64,000 nt of DNA from assembly GCA_039714915.1 (NCBI GenBank), contig JBDLIM010000002.1, positions 7,309 through 71,308 on the forward strand, given 5' to 3'. Position numbers and translations under genes: made by a program. This DNA is from Bacteroidota bacterium. Its GTDB lineage: Bacteria > Bacteroidota > Bacteroidia > Bacteroidales > GCA-2748055. Shown here one piece after another: positions 19,069 to 28,328 of this stretch (the stretch's first letter is position 1; every line of letters starts with the position of its first letter). The notes beneath the pieces are model-generated. The model was not told where the DNA came from and made no database searches. It was given only the letters and a program-made list of their open reading frames with translations.

Positions 19069-19821
19069 CATTCCAAAGAACTGCTTGAGCTGATCCTTGT
19101 CGCGAGCTTTGATCATGCCTTTAAGAGCCTCCATTTGCTCACTGATTCGTTCCACCTGTCCTAAACTATAAGGACTCAGTAAAATCTCGGAAAGCAGGTA
19201 GTCATCTTCCGACAACAAGCCGTCTGCAATTCTGTAGTGTTTCTTAAAGGTGGTACCGGGTGCCTCCTGTTCCTTCATACAGGCAGCAAAAACCATAGTC
19301 GATGCAAAAGGAATGGAAAGGGAGTAGGCAATGGTCTTGTCGTGTTCCTGAAAGGAGTAATCATGGATGTTGATCTTCAATTTACTGTAGAATTCCCTGA
19401 AGAATGCTTTACCTTCCTCATCCGATTCTGAAATAATCACCGCATGTTGGTTGCTCAGATCCTTCAGGTTAGCAAAAGTGGGCCCGAACATGGGATGGGT
19501 GGAAACAAAGCGCCTGCCCAGCTTTTTATAGTATTCCGAAAGTCCGCTTTTCACTGAGGTGATGTCCGCCAGAATGCAGGTTTCAGGCAGGTAAGATATG
19601 ATTTCATCAAAGAGTTCGATGGTCCGGTCCAGGCTGACTGCATTAATCAGAATATCAGGAGAAAAATCCGTAATCTCCTCATAATACAGAAATTTCCTTG
19701 AATTAAAAAAATACTTCAGTTTTGTACGGTCCACATCAAACACCCCCACTTCATAGTCAAGGCAGAGTGACTCCACCAGCCATGAGCCCATGTTTCCGGC
19801 TCCAATGATTGCAATTCGCAT
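19039..19821 (-). CDS. tyrA: Prephenate dehydrogenase
   Basis: Rossmann start 'MRIAIIGAGNMGSW' and 'VSTHPMFGP'. Last gene of the aromatic operon. Confidence 0.75.
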   Translation of the reverse strand: MRIAIIGAGNMGSWLVESLCLDYEVGVFDVDRTKLKYFFNSRKFLYYEEITDFSPDILINAVSLDRTIELFDEIISYLPETCILADITSVKSGLSEYYKKLGRRFVSTHPMFGPTFANLKDLSNQHAVIISESDEEGKAFFREFYSKLKINIHDYSFQEHDKTIAYSLSIPFASTMVFAACMKEQEAPGTTFKKHYRIADGLLSEDDYLLSEILLSPYSLGQVERISEQMEALKGMIKARDKDQLKQFFGMLRNNIGLKT

Positions 19822-19827
19822 TTTACT

Positions 19828-20832
19828 TTATTCTGTGTTAAGTTTATAAATCCGGTTCACCTGCTGTGACTGAAGCAGGAAATCGGCCATCACAATGGCA
19901 GCTGCCGCCTCCACAACCACCGGAACCCTGAGGGCGATGCATGTGTCATGTCTGCCTTCAATACTCAAATCTTCCATCAATCCTGAATTCAGGTTGATGG
20001 TTCGTTGGGTCTGGTGGGTACTGGATGTTGGTTTTACTGCTACCCTGAAGATGATATCATTTCCACTTGTTATTCCCCCGTTAATACCCCCGGCATGATT
20101 GGACTCCGTGGTGCCATCTCTGTCAATGATGTTATCATTGTGCTCACTTCCGGTCATTTTTGCAGCTGCAAAGCCGGATCCAAATTCAACACCCTTAATG
20201 GCCGGGATTGAAAAGATCATATGGCTTATTACTGCTTCAACCGAATCAAAGAATGGCTCGCCCAGTGCAGAAGGGACGTGATCGATGTGGCATTCGATAA
20301 TTCCTCCAATGGAATCTTTCTGCTCCACGGCCCGGTCTATGGCCATTTGTATATCTGCACTGCCTCCAAGCTCCAGAATGCGGGCGACGACATTCATGGG
20401 ATCGATAATCTTTTTGGCTATCACCCCGGCAGCAACCAGGCCCAGGGTTAATCGTCCCGAAAAATGTCCCCCTCCCCTGTAATCCTGGTAGCCCCCGAAC
20501 TTTTGCTGAGCCGTATAATCAGCATGACCCGGCCTGGGTATATCCTTCAACTTGCTGTAATCCTTTGAACGGGTATTGGTATTTTCAAACAGGATCGTCA
20601 GGGGGGCTCCCGTGGTGTGTTCGTTAAAAACCCCGCTCATGATCCTGGGAACATCAGCCTCCCTTCGGGGGGTAGTGCCTTTGGCTCCGCTCTTACGTCT
20701 TGAAAAATCCGCAGAAAAATCGGATTGTTTCAAAGGCAGGCCTGCCGGACATCCATCCACAACGATGCCTACTGACTCTCCATGGGATTCCCCAAAAATA
20801 CTGACTCTGAATAACTTGCCAAATGAGTTCAT
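19828..20832 (-). CDS. aroC: Chorismate synthase
   Basis: 'FRVSIFGESHGESVGIVVDGCPAG' and 'RPGHADYT'. Confidence 0.92.
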   Translation of the reverse strand: MNSFGKLFRVSIFGESHGESVGIVVDGCPAGLPLKQSDFSADFSRRKSGAKGTTPRREADVPRIMSGVFNEHTTGAPLTILFENTNTRSKDYSKLKDIPRPGHADYTAQQKFGGYQDYRGGGHFSGRLTLGLVAAGVIAKKIIDPMNVVARILELGGSADIQMAIDRAVEQKDSIGGIIECHIDHVPSALGEPFFDSVEAVISHMIFSIPAIKGVEFGSGFAAAKMTGSEHNDNIIDRDGTTESNHAGGINGGITSGNDIIFRVAVKPTSSTHQTQRTINLNSGLMEDLSIEGRHDTCIALRVPVVVEAAAAIVMADFLLQSQQVNRIYKLNTE

Positions 20833-21464
20833 GATTCATCAATCACTTTATAAATACTTCTTAACTGATCGTAACTAAGCTGTCCCGGTGCAGTTTCGCC
20901 TCCTTTACCCGGTGCTGCAAAAGTGAACTCAGCTCCCAGATAAGGACCCATCACCCTGCTTATCCTGCCCAGTTTTCCCATACCTATAATTACTTTCTTG
21001 CCAGGGAGCCGGTACAGGTCCATCAACTTTCCTACATCCTCCCGGCTATGCACCTGTACAGCTATTTTTGCAAGGTCCCCTCCCCTTTCATAACAATTCT
21101 GGAGCAGGGTTTCCAGCTCCTCAGTTTCCGGAGTAAGCTCAAAGTTGTGATAGGAAACAATGAGTTTTGTACCCTGATCGCCTGCATGAGCAGCCAGCGC
21201 ATTCAGGTAGGCATCCGTGGATTCCAGCTCCACATCCACATAGGTGGCACCCAGATCCATACTGCTTTTCAACAATCGCATTCTTTCCGCTTCATTGTAA
21301 ACATCAGGGCGGCAGGTGACTATGGTTTTCACGTGTTCGGGCAGCAAACTGAAGACGTCTTCCGGGTCTTTACGGATCAGGTCCATCCTCAACTCCAGAA
21401 AGCCTGCCCCCGAGTCGAGTACCTGCTCCAACTGCTGCCACCGGGATATGCTAACACAGATCAT
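20829..21464 (-). CDS. aroD: 3-dehydroquinate dehydratase, type I
   Basis: 'LELRMDL', 'YVDVELE', 'IVSYHNFELTP', 'AKIAV' and 'IGMGKLGRISR'. Overlaps aroC by 4 nt and aroB by 14 nt. Confidence 0.8.
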   Translation of the reverse strand: MICVSISRWQQLEQVLDSGAGFLELRMDLIRKDPEDVFSLLPEHVKTIVTCRPDVYNEAERMRLLKSSMDLGATYVDVELESTDAYLNALAAHAGDQGTKLIVSYHNFELTPETEELETLLQNCYERGGDLAKIAVQVHSREDVGKLMDLYRLPGKKVIIGMGKLGRISRVMGPYLGAEFTFAAPGKGGETAPGQLSYDQLRSIYKVIDES

Positions 21465-22476
21465 TAATCAAGGATTTTAGCTCTGAAAGCCCGATGGGCC
21501 TTATGTGTGTATGGCCCAGCCCTTCCAGTAAAACAAAATGAATATGCTCCCCTCTTTTCTTTTTATCCTTTCTTATATTCTGAAAAATCGTCTCCGGATC
21601 CAGCTCCATTTGAACAGGCAATCCGGCTGATACCAGAAGGTCCCTGACCAGGCCCACTTCGGAATCACTGAGAAGTCCCAGCATATGAGAAAGCCGGGCC
21701 GCCATCAGCATCCCCAGGGAAACAGCCTGACCGTGAAGCACCTTCTTTTCGCGTTCAATGGCATGGCCGATGGTATGTCCGAAGTTCAGTATGCGGCGCA
21801 GATCCGATTCTTTTTCATCTTTTTGAACCACATCGGCCTTAATCTCTGCAGAAGTACTTACCACATGCTTCAACACCTCCATGTCGAGTTCTAACAATGC
21901 CTGCATATTCGTTTTCAGATAATCCAGGAAATCAACATCTCTGATGGCTCCGTATTTGATAACCTCAGCGATTCCCGAAATATATTCTTTCCGAGCAAGT
22001 GTTTTAAGCAGGGACAGATCACACCATACAAACAAGGGCTGCCTGATGCTGCCAATCATGTTTTTATATCCATCCAGATTTACCCCGTTCTTCCCTCCAA
22101 TGCTGGCATCCACCTGCCCCAGCAGGGTGGAGCTGATAAAGCCGAAGGGAACACCCCTGAGGTAGGTTGAGGCCACATATCCGGCTACATCGGTAGCCAG
22201 TCCGCCTCCAACACCTACCAGCATGGAAGACCGGTCTGCTTCCATATGAACCAGTTCCCTGTAAATACTCTCCACGGTATTTAAATTCTTATACCTTTCC
22301 CCGGCAGGAACTGATATGTACCTGTGGCCCTGAAACAAATCCTGGTGTTCGCAAAGCACATGTTCATCCACCAGAAGGATTGGAGCAGGGTCAAGTGCTT
22401 CAAGTCCCCGGGACAGGTTTTCACCCACGATAATTTCGGTATTCCCGCCTGGCGTCTTTAAAGTAATCTGGTGCAT
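21451..22476 (-). CDS. aroB: 3-dehydroquinate synthase
   Basis: 'VGVGGGLATDVAGYVAS', 'DASIGGKNGVN' and metal-ligand region 'LNFGHTIGHAIE'. Confidence 0.92.
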   Translation of the reverse strand: MHQITLKTPGGNTEIIVGENLSRGLEALDPAPILLVDEHVLCEHQDLFQGHRYISVPAGERYKNLNTVESIYRELVHMEADRSSMLVGVGGGLATDVAGYVASTYLRGVPFGFISSTLLGQVDASIGGKNGVNLDGYKNMIGSIRQPLFVWCDLSLLKTLARKEYISGIAEVIKYGAIRDVDFLDYLKTNMQALLELDMEVLKHVVSTSAEIKADVVQKDEKESDLRRILNFGHTIGHAIEREKKVLHGQAVSLGMLMAARLSHMLGLLSDSEVGLVRDLLVSAGLPVQMELDPETIFQNIRKDKKKRGEHIHFVLLEGLGHTHIRPIGLSELKSLINDLC

Positions 22477-22481
22477 GCGTA

Positions 22482-23567
22482 CTAATCCTGGTTCATAACA
22501 CTGGTCTGGTGATTGATGGACTCCTGGTGAATGGAACGGAACAATTTAATAATAAACTCTTCACTAAGTCCCTTTCTACTGCCTAATCTCAGGCGGTTTT
22601 TCAACATATCATCCCAGCGCTTGGTTTGCAGGATGGTAATGTTGTTTTCCTTTTTATGCGATCCTATCTTCTCAGATACCTGCATGCGCTCTTCCAGGAG
22701 GTTAATCATCCGGTCATCCAGCTTATCTATTTGGTCCCTGAGTTCGGCCAGGGTAAGCATCAGTTCCTCCTTCACCTCGGGATCCCTGAGAATCAGCCTG
22801 TCCAGTATTCCCTTCAGACCATCGGGTGTAACCTGCTGATTGGCATCACTTAAAGCTTTGTCGGGATTGCAATGGGTTTCAATGATCAGGCCATCAAAAT
22901 TGAGGTCCATGGCCTTCTGCGAGATATCATACAGGAATTCCCGGTTCCCGCAAATATGACTAGGATCGGTAATAATGGGCATATGCGGAATCCGCCTTCT
23001 GAGTTCTATGGGAATCTGCCACTGGGGTATATTCCGGTACAGGGTCTTGTCGTAACTTGAAAAGCCCCTGTGAATGGCTGCCATTTGCCTGATCCCGGCA
23101 TTGTTGATCCGTTCTATGGCACCAATCCAGAGGTCCACATCCGGATTGACGGGATTCTTTACCATTACCGGGATATTTACTCCCTTGAGCGAGTCGGCAA
23201 TATCCTGAACTGCAAAAGGGTTGGCAGAGGTTCTGGCTCCGATCCAAATAATATCCACTCCGTATTTCAAAGCCTCATACACGTGTTTTACGTTGGCCAC
23301 TTCCGTGGCAACCAGCAAGCCGGTTTCCTTTTTCACCCTCTGAAGCCATTTCAGACCCACCGAGCCCACTCCCTCAAAGGCATTGGGTCGGGTCCGGGGT
23401 TTCCAGATACCCGCACGAAAGATTTTTATCCCCATATCCGCCAGGGATTCTGCAGTATTCATCACCTGCTCTTCAGTCTCTGCACTGCAGGGCCCTGCCA
23501 TAAATATGGGCTTGGTAAAAAGATTGCCTTCAAAAGACAGGGGTTCTAATTCTACATCTACTACCAT
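22482..23567 (-). CDS. Bifunctional 3-deoxy-7-phosphoheptulonate (DAHP) synthase, type I-beta, with a C-terminal chorismate mutase domain
   Basis: KDO8PS-like barrel ('MAGPCSAE', 'FRAGIWKPRTRP', 'IITDPSHICG') plus an AroQ-like helical tail 'LAELRDQIDKLDDRMINLLEERMQVSEKIG'. Confidence 0.88.
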   Translation of the reverse strand: MVVDVELEPLSFEGNLFTKPIFMAGPCSAETEEQVMNTAESLADMGIKIFRAGIWKPRTRPNAFEGVGSVGLKWLQRVKKETGLLVATEVANVKHVYEALKYGVDIIWIGARTSANPFAVQDIADSLKGVNIPVMVKNPVNPDVDLWIGAIERINNAGIRQMAAIHRGFSSYDKTLYRNIPQWQIPIELRRRIPHMPIITDPSHICGNREFLYDISQKAMDLNFDGLIIETHCNPDKALSDANQQVTPDGLKGILDRLILRDPEVKEELMLTLAELRDQIDKLDDRMINLLEERMQVSEKIGSHKKENNITILQTKRWDDMLKNRLRLGSRKGLSEEFIIKLFRSIHQESINHQTSVMNQD

Positions 23568-23576
23568 TATTCTGAT

Positions 23577-24416
23577 TTATTCGATTACTGATTCTCCCTT
23601 TCTGTATTCTCCAAGTATACCCAGGGAAGGTGTAAAGGGACTGATCGCATCAAGCGATTTCTTGTACATTTCATAATCCTTGATCTCCACATCCACATAG
23701 AACATATACTCCCAGTCTTTCCCTGGTATGGGCATGGACTGGATCTTTGCCAGGTTTATTTCATAGTATGAAAGAATGGAAAGTATCTTGGACAGGGAGC
23801 CGAATTTATGCGCCACTGTAAAAAAGATCGAAGCCTTATTGACTTCTTCCCTGGGAATCTTAATCCCGTTCTCTGCCAGTATCAGGAACCGGGTATAATT
23901 CTTCTTATTGGTTTCAATGCTTTCGGCAAGGATGTCAAGTCCGTATTTCCCAGCTGCCATGCGGCTGGATATGGCAGCCGTATCCATCAAACCTTTGGTC
24001 GCTATTTCCTCTGCACTCAGGGCCGTATCTATGCTCTCAATCAAGCGAATTTCCGGGTATGCATCGAAGAAATTCTGGCACTGAAGAATGGCCATGGGAT
24101 GCGAGTACACCTCTTTCAGATCGGAAATCTTCACACCGGGCATGGCAACCAGGTTCTGTTTGATCCTCAGGTAGATTTCCCCGGTAATATGCATGCTTGT
24201 ATTAATAATCAGGTTGTAATTGGGTATAATGCTTCCTGCCAGTGAATTCTCTATGGCCATAATGCCAAAATCACAGCGACGGTCCTTTAAGGTAAGAACC
24301 ATATCCCTGAAGGTGTTTCTGGGAAGAATGCGGATCTCTTCATTCTTAAAGAAATGGTGTGCTGCAATTTCATGAAATGCACCATACCCTCCCTGTATTG
24401 CGATTGTTTTTGCCAT
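23577..24416 (-). CDS. pheA: Prephenate dehydratase (PDT plus ACT domains)
   Basis: 'MAKTIAIQGGYGAFHE', 'TRFLIL' and an ACT-like C-terminus. The start was moved to ATG 24416, because the longer ORF start at 24458 reads through a hairpin plus T-tract. Confidence 0.88.
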   Translation of the reverse strand: MAKTIAIQGGYGAFHEIAAHHFFKNEEIRILPRNTFRDMVLTLKDRRCDFGIMAIENSLAGSIIPNYNLIINTSMHITGEIYLRIKQNLVAMPGVKISDLKEVYSHPMAILQCQNFFDAYPEIRLIESIDTALSAEEIATKGLMDTAAISSRMAAGKYGLDILAESIETNKKNYTRFLILAENGIKIPREEVNKASIFFTVAHKFGSLSKILSILSYYEINLAKIQSMPIPGKDWEYMFYVDVEIKDYEMYKKSLDAISPFTPSLGILGEYRKGESVIE

Positions 24417-24420
24417 GGGT

Positions 24421-24451
24421 CTAAAACAAAAAACCCGACTATCAGCCGGGT
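24421..24451 (-). terminator. Terminator-like hairpin plus U-tract in the pheA 5' leader (candidate attenuator)
   Basis: The minus strand reads ACCCGGCT-GAT-AGTCGGGT (8 bp including one G.U), then TTTTTTGTTTT. It ends a few nt before the pheA ATG. Confidence 0.4.
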
Positions 24452-24641
24452 ATATCATGCATAAAGTAGTCCCGACCAGCTATCTGCCAGTGAAAAAATA
24501 AAAATAATATACGCTGCTACTTAATGCCATCATTAAAATTTTCCGGTGTAAACCTAAACATTTATAAGCAGAATACCAAAGATCGTGACAAATTGAAAGA
24601 TCACATCCCAGACCTGCTAAACTTTTATTATCATTGTTTTC

Positions 24642-25286
24642 ATGAAGAAAAAAGAGCGCTTCGAAAAGATTATAGAATACTTCTCAAAGGAAATGCCCGT
24701 GGCAGAAACCGAGCTGGAGTACACAAATCCTTATGAACTAATAGTAGCTGTGATCCTTTCGGCCCAGTGCACAGATAAAAGGGTTAATGTGATCACGCCT
24801 CCTTTCTTCCAGCAATTCCCCGATGTGCATTCCCTGGCATCTGCCACTCAGGAGGATGTATTTGAGCTAATAAAAAGTTGTTCCTATCCCAATAACAAGG
24901 CCAGGCACCTTCAGGGCATGGCCCGTATGCTGGTAGAAAAATTCGAAGCTAAAGTGCCAGATACCATGGATGAGCTTCAAAAATTACCTGGTGTGGGAAG
25001 AAAAACAGCCAACGTTATTCTTTCTGTTGCTTACCGGAAACCTGCTATGGCAGTAGATACTCATGTATTCAGAGTAGCAGCGCGAATAGGCCTTAGTTCG
25101 GGAGCTAAGAATCCTTATGAAACTGAAATGCAACTTATCCGGTACATTCCTGAAGAGAAGATTCCCCTGGCTCATCACTGGCTTATTCTTCATGGAAGGT
25201 ATGTATGCACAGCCCGAAATCCCGGATGCAAGAGCTGTGGCATTTCTCATCTGTGCAGCTATTTTGAAAAAAAAGAGAAACCCTGA
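24642..25286 (+). CDS. nth: Endonuclease III
   Basis: HhH-GPD 'LPGVGRKTANVILS...AVDTHV' and the 4Fe-4S ligand pattern C-x6-C-x2-C-x5-C ('CTARNPGCKSCGISHLC'). Confidence 0.93.
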   Translation: MKKKERFEKIIEYFSKEMPVAETELEYTNPYELIVAVILSAQCTDKRVNVITPPFFQQFPDVHSLASATQEDVFELIKSCSYPNNKARHLQGMARMLVEKFEAKVPDTMDELQKLPGVGRKTANVILSVAYRKPAMAVDTHVFRVAARIGLSSGAKNPYETEMQLIRYIPEEKIPLAHHWLILHGRYVCTARNPGCKSCGISHLCSYFEKKEKP

Positions 25287-25329
25287 CCCTCCCTTTTACG
25301 TACATTTGACCAAGTATTAAACAGTGGTA

Positions 25330-26217
25330 ATGCGGAATATCATTACAAAACTTATTTTGCTGCTGATCCTGGTTACAGCAAGCTCGGCATCGACCCCGGC
25401 ATTTGATTTTGCCAATGGCCGGCATAATAATGTATGCAAGGACCTGAAAAATGACGCGCTGCTCTATTTCGTGTTTATTGACAGCCGGAGCACTTACCCC
25501 TGGACCGAGTTTGACATCCTTACTACCATCGACAGCATTCAGGTAGCAGCACAATGGCTCGAATCACAAGCTAAACAAAGCGGAATACCACTAAATATTA
25601 AGACAGATTACTACATAGGGGATGAGTTTACAACCATTGAAAGAAACCTGCCAGGGAAAAGCATTGAGGAAGTGATCGAAAAACAAAACCTGATCAAGGG
25701 AATGGAATCACTTAACAACTGGGGCGACTATGTTTCAAAGATCATTGGAGAATCTCTTTATATCAAAGAGAAAGATGGAATTCCCATGCTGAAACGTCCC
25801 AGTAACAAAGAAAGACTCATTGCCTTCCTCAGGGATGAATACCATGTGGAAAGTGTGGCCTTGCTATTTATGATAAATAATTATTTCAGGTCTGATATCT
25901 CGCTGGGAATCAACACCCTGCATAACGATGATGTGGAATTCTCAGTGGTGAGTTATAAATACCCTTCTGAAATCGCTCATAATTTCCTGCATCTTTACGG
26001 GGCTGCAGACCTGGGCAAATCGCATTTCAGAAGAAGTCCGGGGAAGATAAAGCTTGCCAAGGAGGCATTTCCGGATGACATCATGTCGGAGGTTTATGCA
26101 AGGCCGCTGAACGAACTTAATATTGATGAATTTACAGCCTATATGATTGGCTGGACTAATGAACTTGATGATAGCTATGAACCCTTGCTCAACGAAAGGT
26201 TTACTCTTTTTAAATAA
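25330..26217 (+). CDS. Secreted hypothetical protein
   Basis: Signal peptide 'MRNIITKLILLLILVTASSAS'. No family recognised. Contains 'EIAHNFLHLYGAADL'. Confidence 0.6.
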   Translation: MRNIITKLILLLILVTASSASTPAFDFANGRHNNVCKDLKNDALLYFVFIDSRSTYPWTEFDILTTIDSIQVAAQWLESQAKQSGIPLNIKTDYYIGDEFTTIERNLPGKSIEEVIEKQNLIKGMESLNNWGDYVSKIIGESLYIKEKDGIPMLKRPSNKERLIAFLRDEYHVESVALLFMINNYFRSDISLGINTLHNDDVEFSVVSYKYPSEIAHNFLHLYGAADLGKSHFRRSPGKIKLAKEAFPDDIMSEVYARPLNELNIDEFTAYMIGWTNELDDSYEPLLNERFTLFK

Positions 26218-26298
26218 TTAAAAAAAGAAATGTTATTTTTACTCAGTAGGAAAGCTTCTAACATAGCCTAATTAACCCAGAAAATAAATTACTAACCC

Positions 26299-27219
26299 AT
26301 GAACCGAAACCTAATATTATCCGGTAGATTATTCCTTCTTCTCTTTGTTTTTCTCGGCTTCCTGATGAGCGGATGTAACCGGGGTCCAAAGAGCGAAGGA
26401 TCCGGGGAATTTGAAGCTACCGGAAACCTGGATGCAGAAACTCAGGAACAGCTCAATACCGCCAAGAGGATTTTCTACTCCCTCCCATCACCCCTTGAAA
26501 CTGCCATGCTTATTAAAAATGCAGGTGCTCAATACGATGAAGGCTTAATGAATCACACCGGAAATACCTCGAAGTATATTACCTCAAAAAGTAAAGCGCT
26601 CAACCTGGGAATCTACTCTACCGATCTGAGCTACGCCAGTTTATTCGACCAGACACAGGCTACCCTGAATTACATTGAGGCAGCGAAAGCAATGGCCGAC
26701 GGACTTAACATTCTGAATGCCATTAATGAGGAAACCATTCAACGCCTGGAGGAACATATCAACAACCGGGATGTGATTATCGATATCATCTCCGAAACAC
26801 TGATGAATTCCAGTTCCTTCCTGAAAGAGAATGGCCTTGAAGCCACAGCATCGATTGTTCTTGTAGGGGGTTGGGTTGAAGGCTTATATATTGCCACAAA
26901 CCTGGTAAATGAGAAATCCCTGAAAAACAACAAACTGGTTGAAAGGATTGTAGATCAGAAATTATCCCTTGATATTATGGTAAACCTCCTGGAAGAATCA
27001 CCGGATGATGAGGATGCCATGGCTATTCTGGAAGATGTAAAATCCCTTAAAACCGTATTTGATAAAATTACCATCAAGCAGGGTGAAGTAAAAGCTGTTG
27101 AGGATCTTGAAACGAATATTACCACCCTGGAATCTAAATCATCCATCGACATCAGCCCGAATGTATTTAAAGAATTGAAATCAAAAGTTATAGAAATCAG
27201 AACTAGCTATATATCATAA
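26299..27219 (+). CDS. Hypothetical lipoprotein, predicted mostly helical
   Basis: Lipobox 'GFLMSGC'. 306 aa. No family recognised. Confidence 0.6.
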   Translation: MNRNLILSGRLFLLLFVFLGFLMSGCNRGPKSEGSGEFEATGNLDAETQEQLNTAKRIFYSLPSPLETAMLIKNAGAQYDEGLMNHTGNTSKYITSKSKALNLGIYSTDLSYASLFDQTQATLNYIEAAKAMADGLNILNAINEETIQRLEEHINNRDVIIDIISETLMNSSSFLKENGLEATASIVLVGGWVEGLYIATNLVNEKSLKNNKLVERIVDQKLSLDIMVNLLEESPDDEDAMAILEDVKSLKTVFDKITIKQGEVKAVEDLETNITTLESKSSIDISPNVFKELKSKVIEIRTSYIS

Positions 27220-27230
27220 TACCATATACC

Positions 27231-27677
27231 ATGACTAAGAAAGGCATACTCTTTATATCCCTGCTTGCCAGCGTGTTTATACTGCCTATGGCAATGAATG
27301 CGCAATGCAAACAATTCGCTAAAAACATTTGTAAAGCCGGATTGAATCCCTATCAGCACGATGGCAATTACCATGCTGCACTACTTATTGAAGGAGAGGA
27401 AGCTGAGCTTTACAAGACCTTTTATTCTGACAGAAATTACAGGATTGGGGTGTGTGGGGCGAACAACCTGAAACCCATTGAATTTAAAGTGCTTGACACC
27501 AGAGATGGCAAGGTTCTGTACGACAACAGCCTGAAGGACTTTGACTGGAAATGGGATTTTACACTGGAATCCAGTCAACAGCTTAAAATCATGGTCAAGG
27601 TACCCGTACCAGAAGGAAATATAGATGAACCGGAAGAGGGTTGTGTGGCCATTATGTTTGGCTCCAGAGACGATTAG
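27231..27677 (+). CDS. Small secreted hypothetical protein
   Basis: Signal peptide 'MTKKGILFISLLASVFILPMAMNA'. 148 aa. Starts 11 nt after the preceding gene. Confidence 0.6.
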   Translation: MTKKGILFISLLASVFILPMAMNAQCKQFAKNICKAGLNPYQHDGNYHAALLIEGEEAELYKTFYSDRNYRIGVCGANNLKPIEFKVLDTRDGKVLYDNSLKDFDWKWDFTLESSQQLKIMVKVPVPEGNIDEPEEGCVAIMFGSRDD

Positions 27678-27720
27678 AAGCATGATGGTATAATTAAGAT
27701 TGAAACTATTTTAGCCTTAT

Positions 27721-27755
27721 GGGTTGTTCGCTGTGCACGGACAACCCATTTTTAT
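27721..27755 (+). terminator. Rho-independent terminator
   Basis: GGGTTGTTCG / CGGACAACCC stem (one G.U), loop CTGTGCA, then TTTTTATTT. Confidence 0.7.
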
Positions 27756-28049
27756 TTATATTTACCAATTGTTACTCGATTAACACTATGATATTATACG
27801 AATCGCTAACCTTTGATCACTGATCACAAGAAACCCATCCCCCACGAATGAATCCTAAACAGAACCACTACCACATCAGATTTTCCAGGTGTGTACCGAT
27901 AAAAGTATATACCCCCATCTTTATAGTCAGATATTGGTACTGATTGTAGCACTTGTTTAAATGTCCATTTTGTTAGTGTTTTCTTTGTCATAATAAATAG
28001 AGAAAAAAATATATTACACGATTATCAATTCCAAAAAAATTAAAAAACT

Positions 28050-28325
28050 ATGGATCACGGACCAGCAGTAAAACTCGGTGTAGATCATGCAGCGAAAAGA
28101 AAAACAAGGCTTGGCGTATGGCTGTTCGCTATGTATACTATCGTATATGGAGTATTTGTAGCCATTGGGGTAGCTAATTATGAGGCAATGAGCAATTTAG
28201 TTTTTGGAGATTTAAACCTTGCAGTAGCATACGGCTTTGGTTTGATTGTTCTAGCTATCATTTTAGGGCTGATATACAATTGGAGATGTACAAAGATTGA
28301 AAAAGAAATGAATAAGGAGGATTAA
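28050..28325 (+). CDS. yjcH: DUF485 (YjcH-like) small inner-membrane protein
   Basis: 91 aa with two TM helices, immediately upstream of an actP-like gene, as in the yjcH-actP pairing. Confidence 0.8.
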   Translation: MDHGPAVKLGVDHAAKRKTRLGVWLFAMYTIVYGVFVAIGVANYEAMSNLVFGDLNLAVAYGFGLIVLAIILGLIYNWRCTKIEKEMNKED

Positions 28326-28328
28326 GAC

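Noticed and set aside
27824-27991. 55-aa minus-strand ORF (MTKKTLTKWTFKQVLQSVPISDYKDGGIYFYRYTPGKSDVVVVLFRIHSWGMGFL) in the A/T-rich spacer upstream of DUF485. It is faintly reminiscent of a truncated RelE/ParE-type toxin core and sits next to a TGATCAcTGATCA palindrome.
   Set aside because: It is too short, has no adjacent antitoxin-like ORF, and the resemblance is only a vague strand pattern. It cannot be supported without a homology search. It might be a remnant if the island hypothesis holds.
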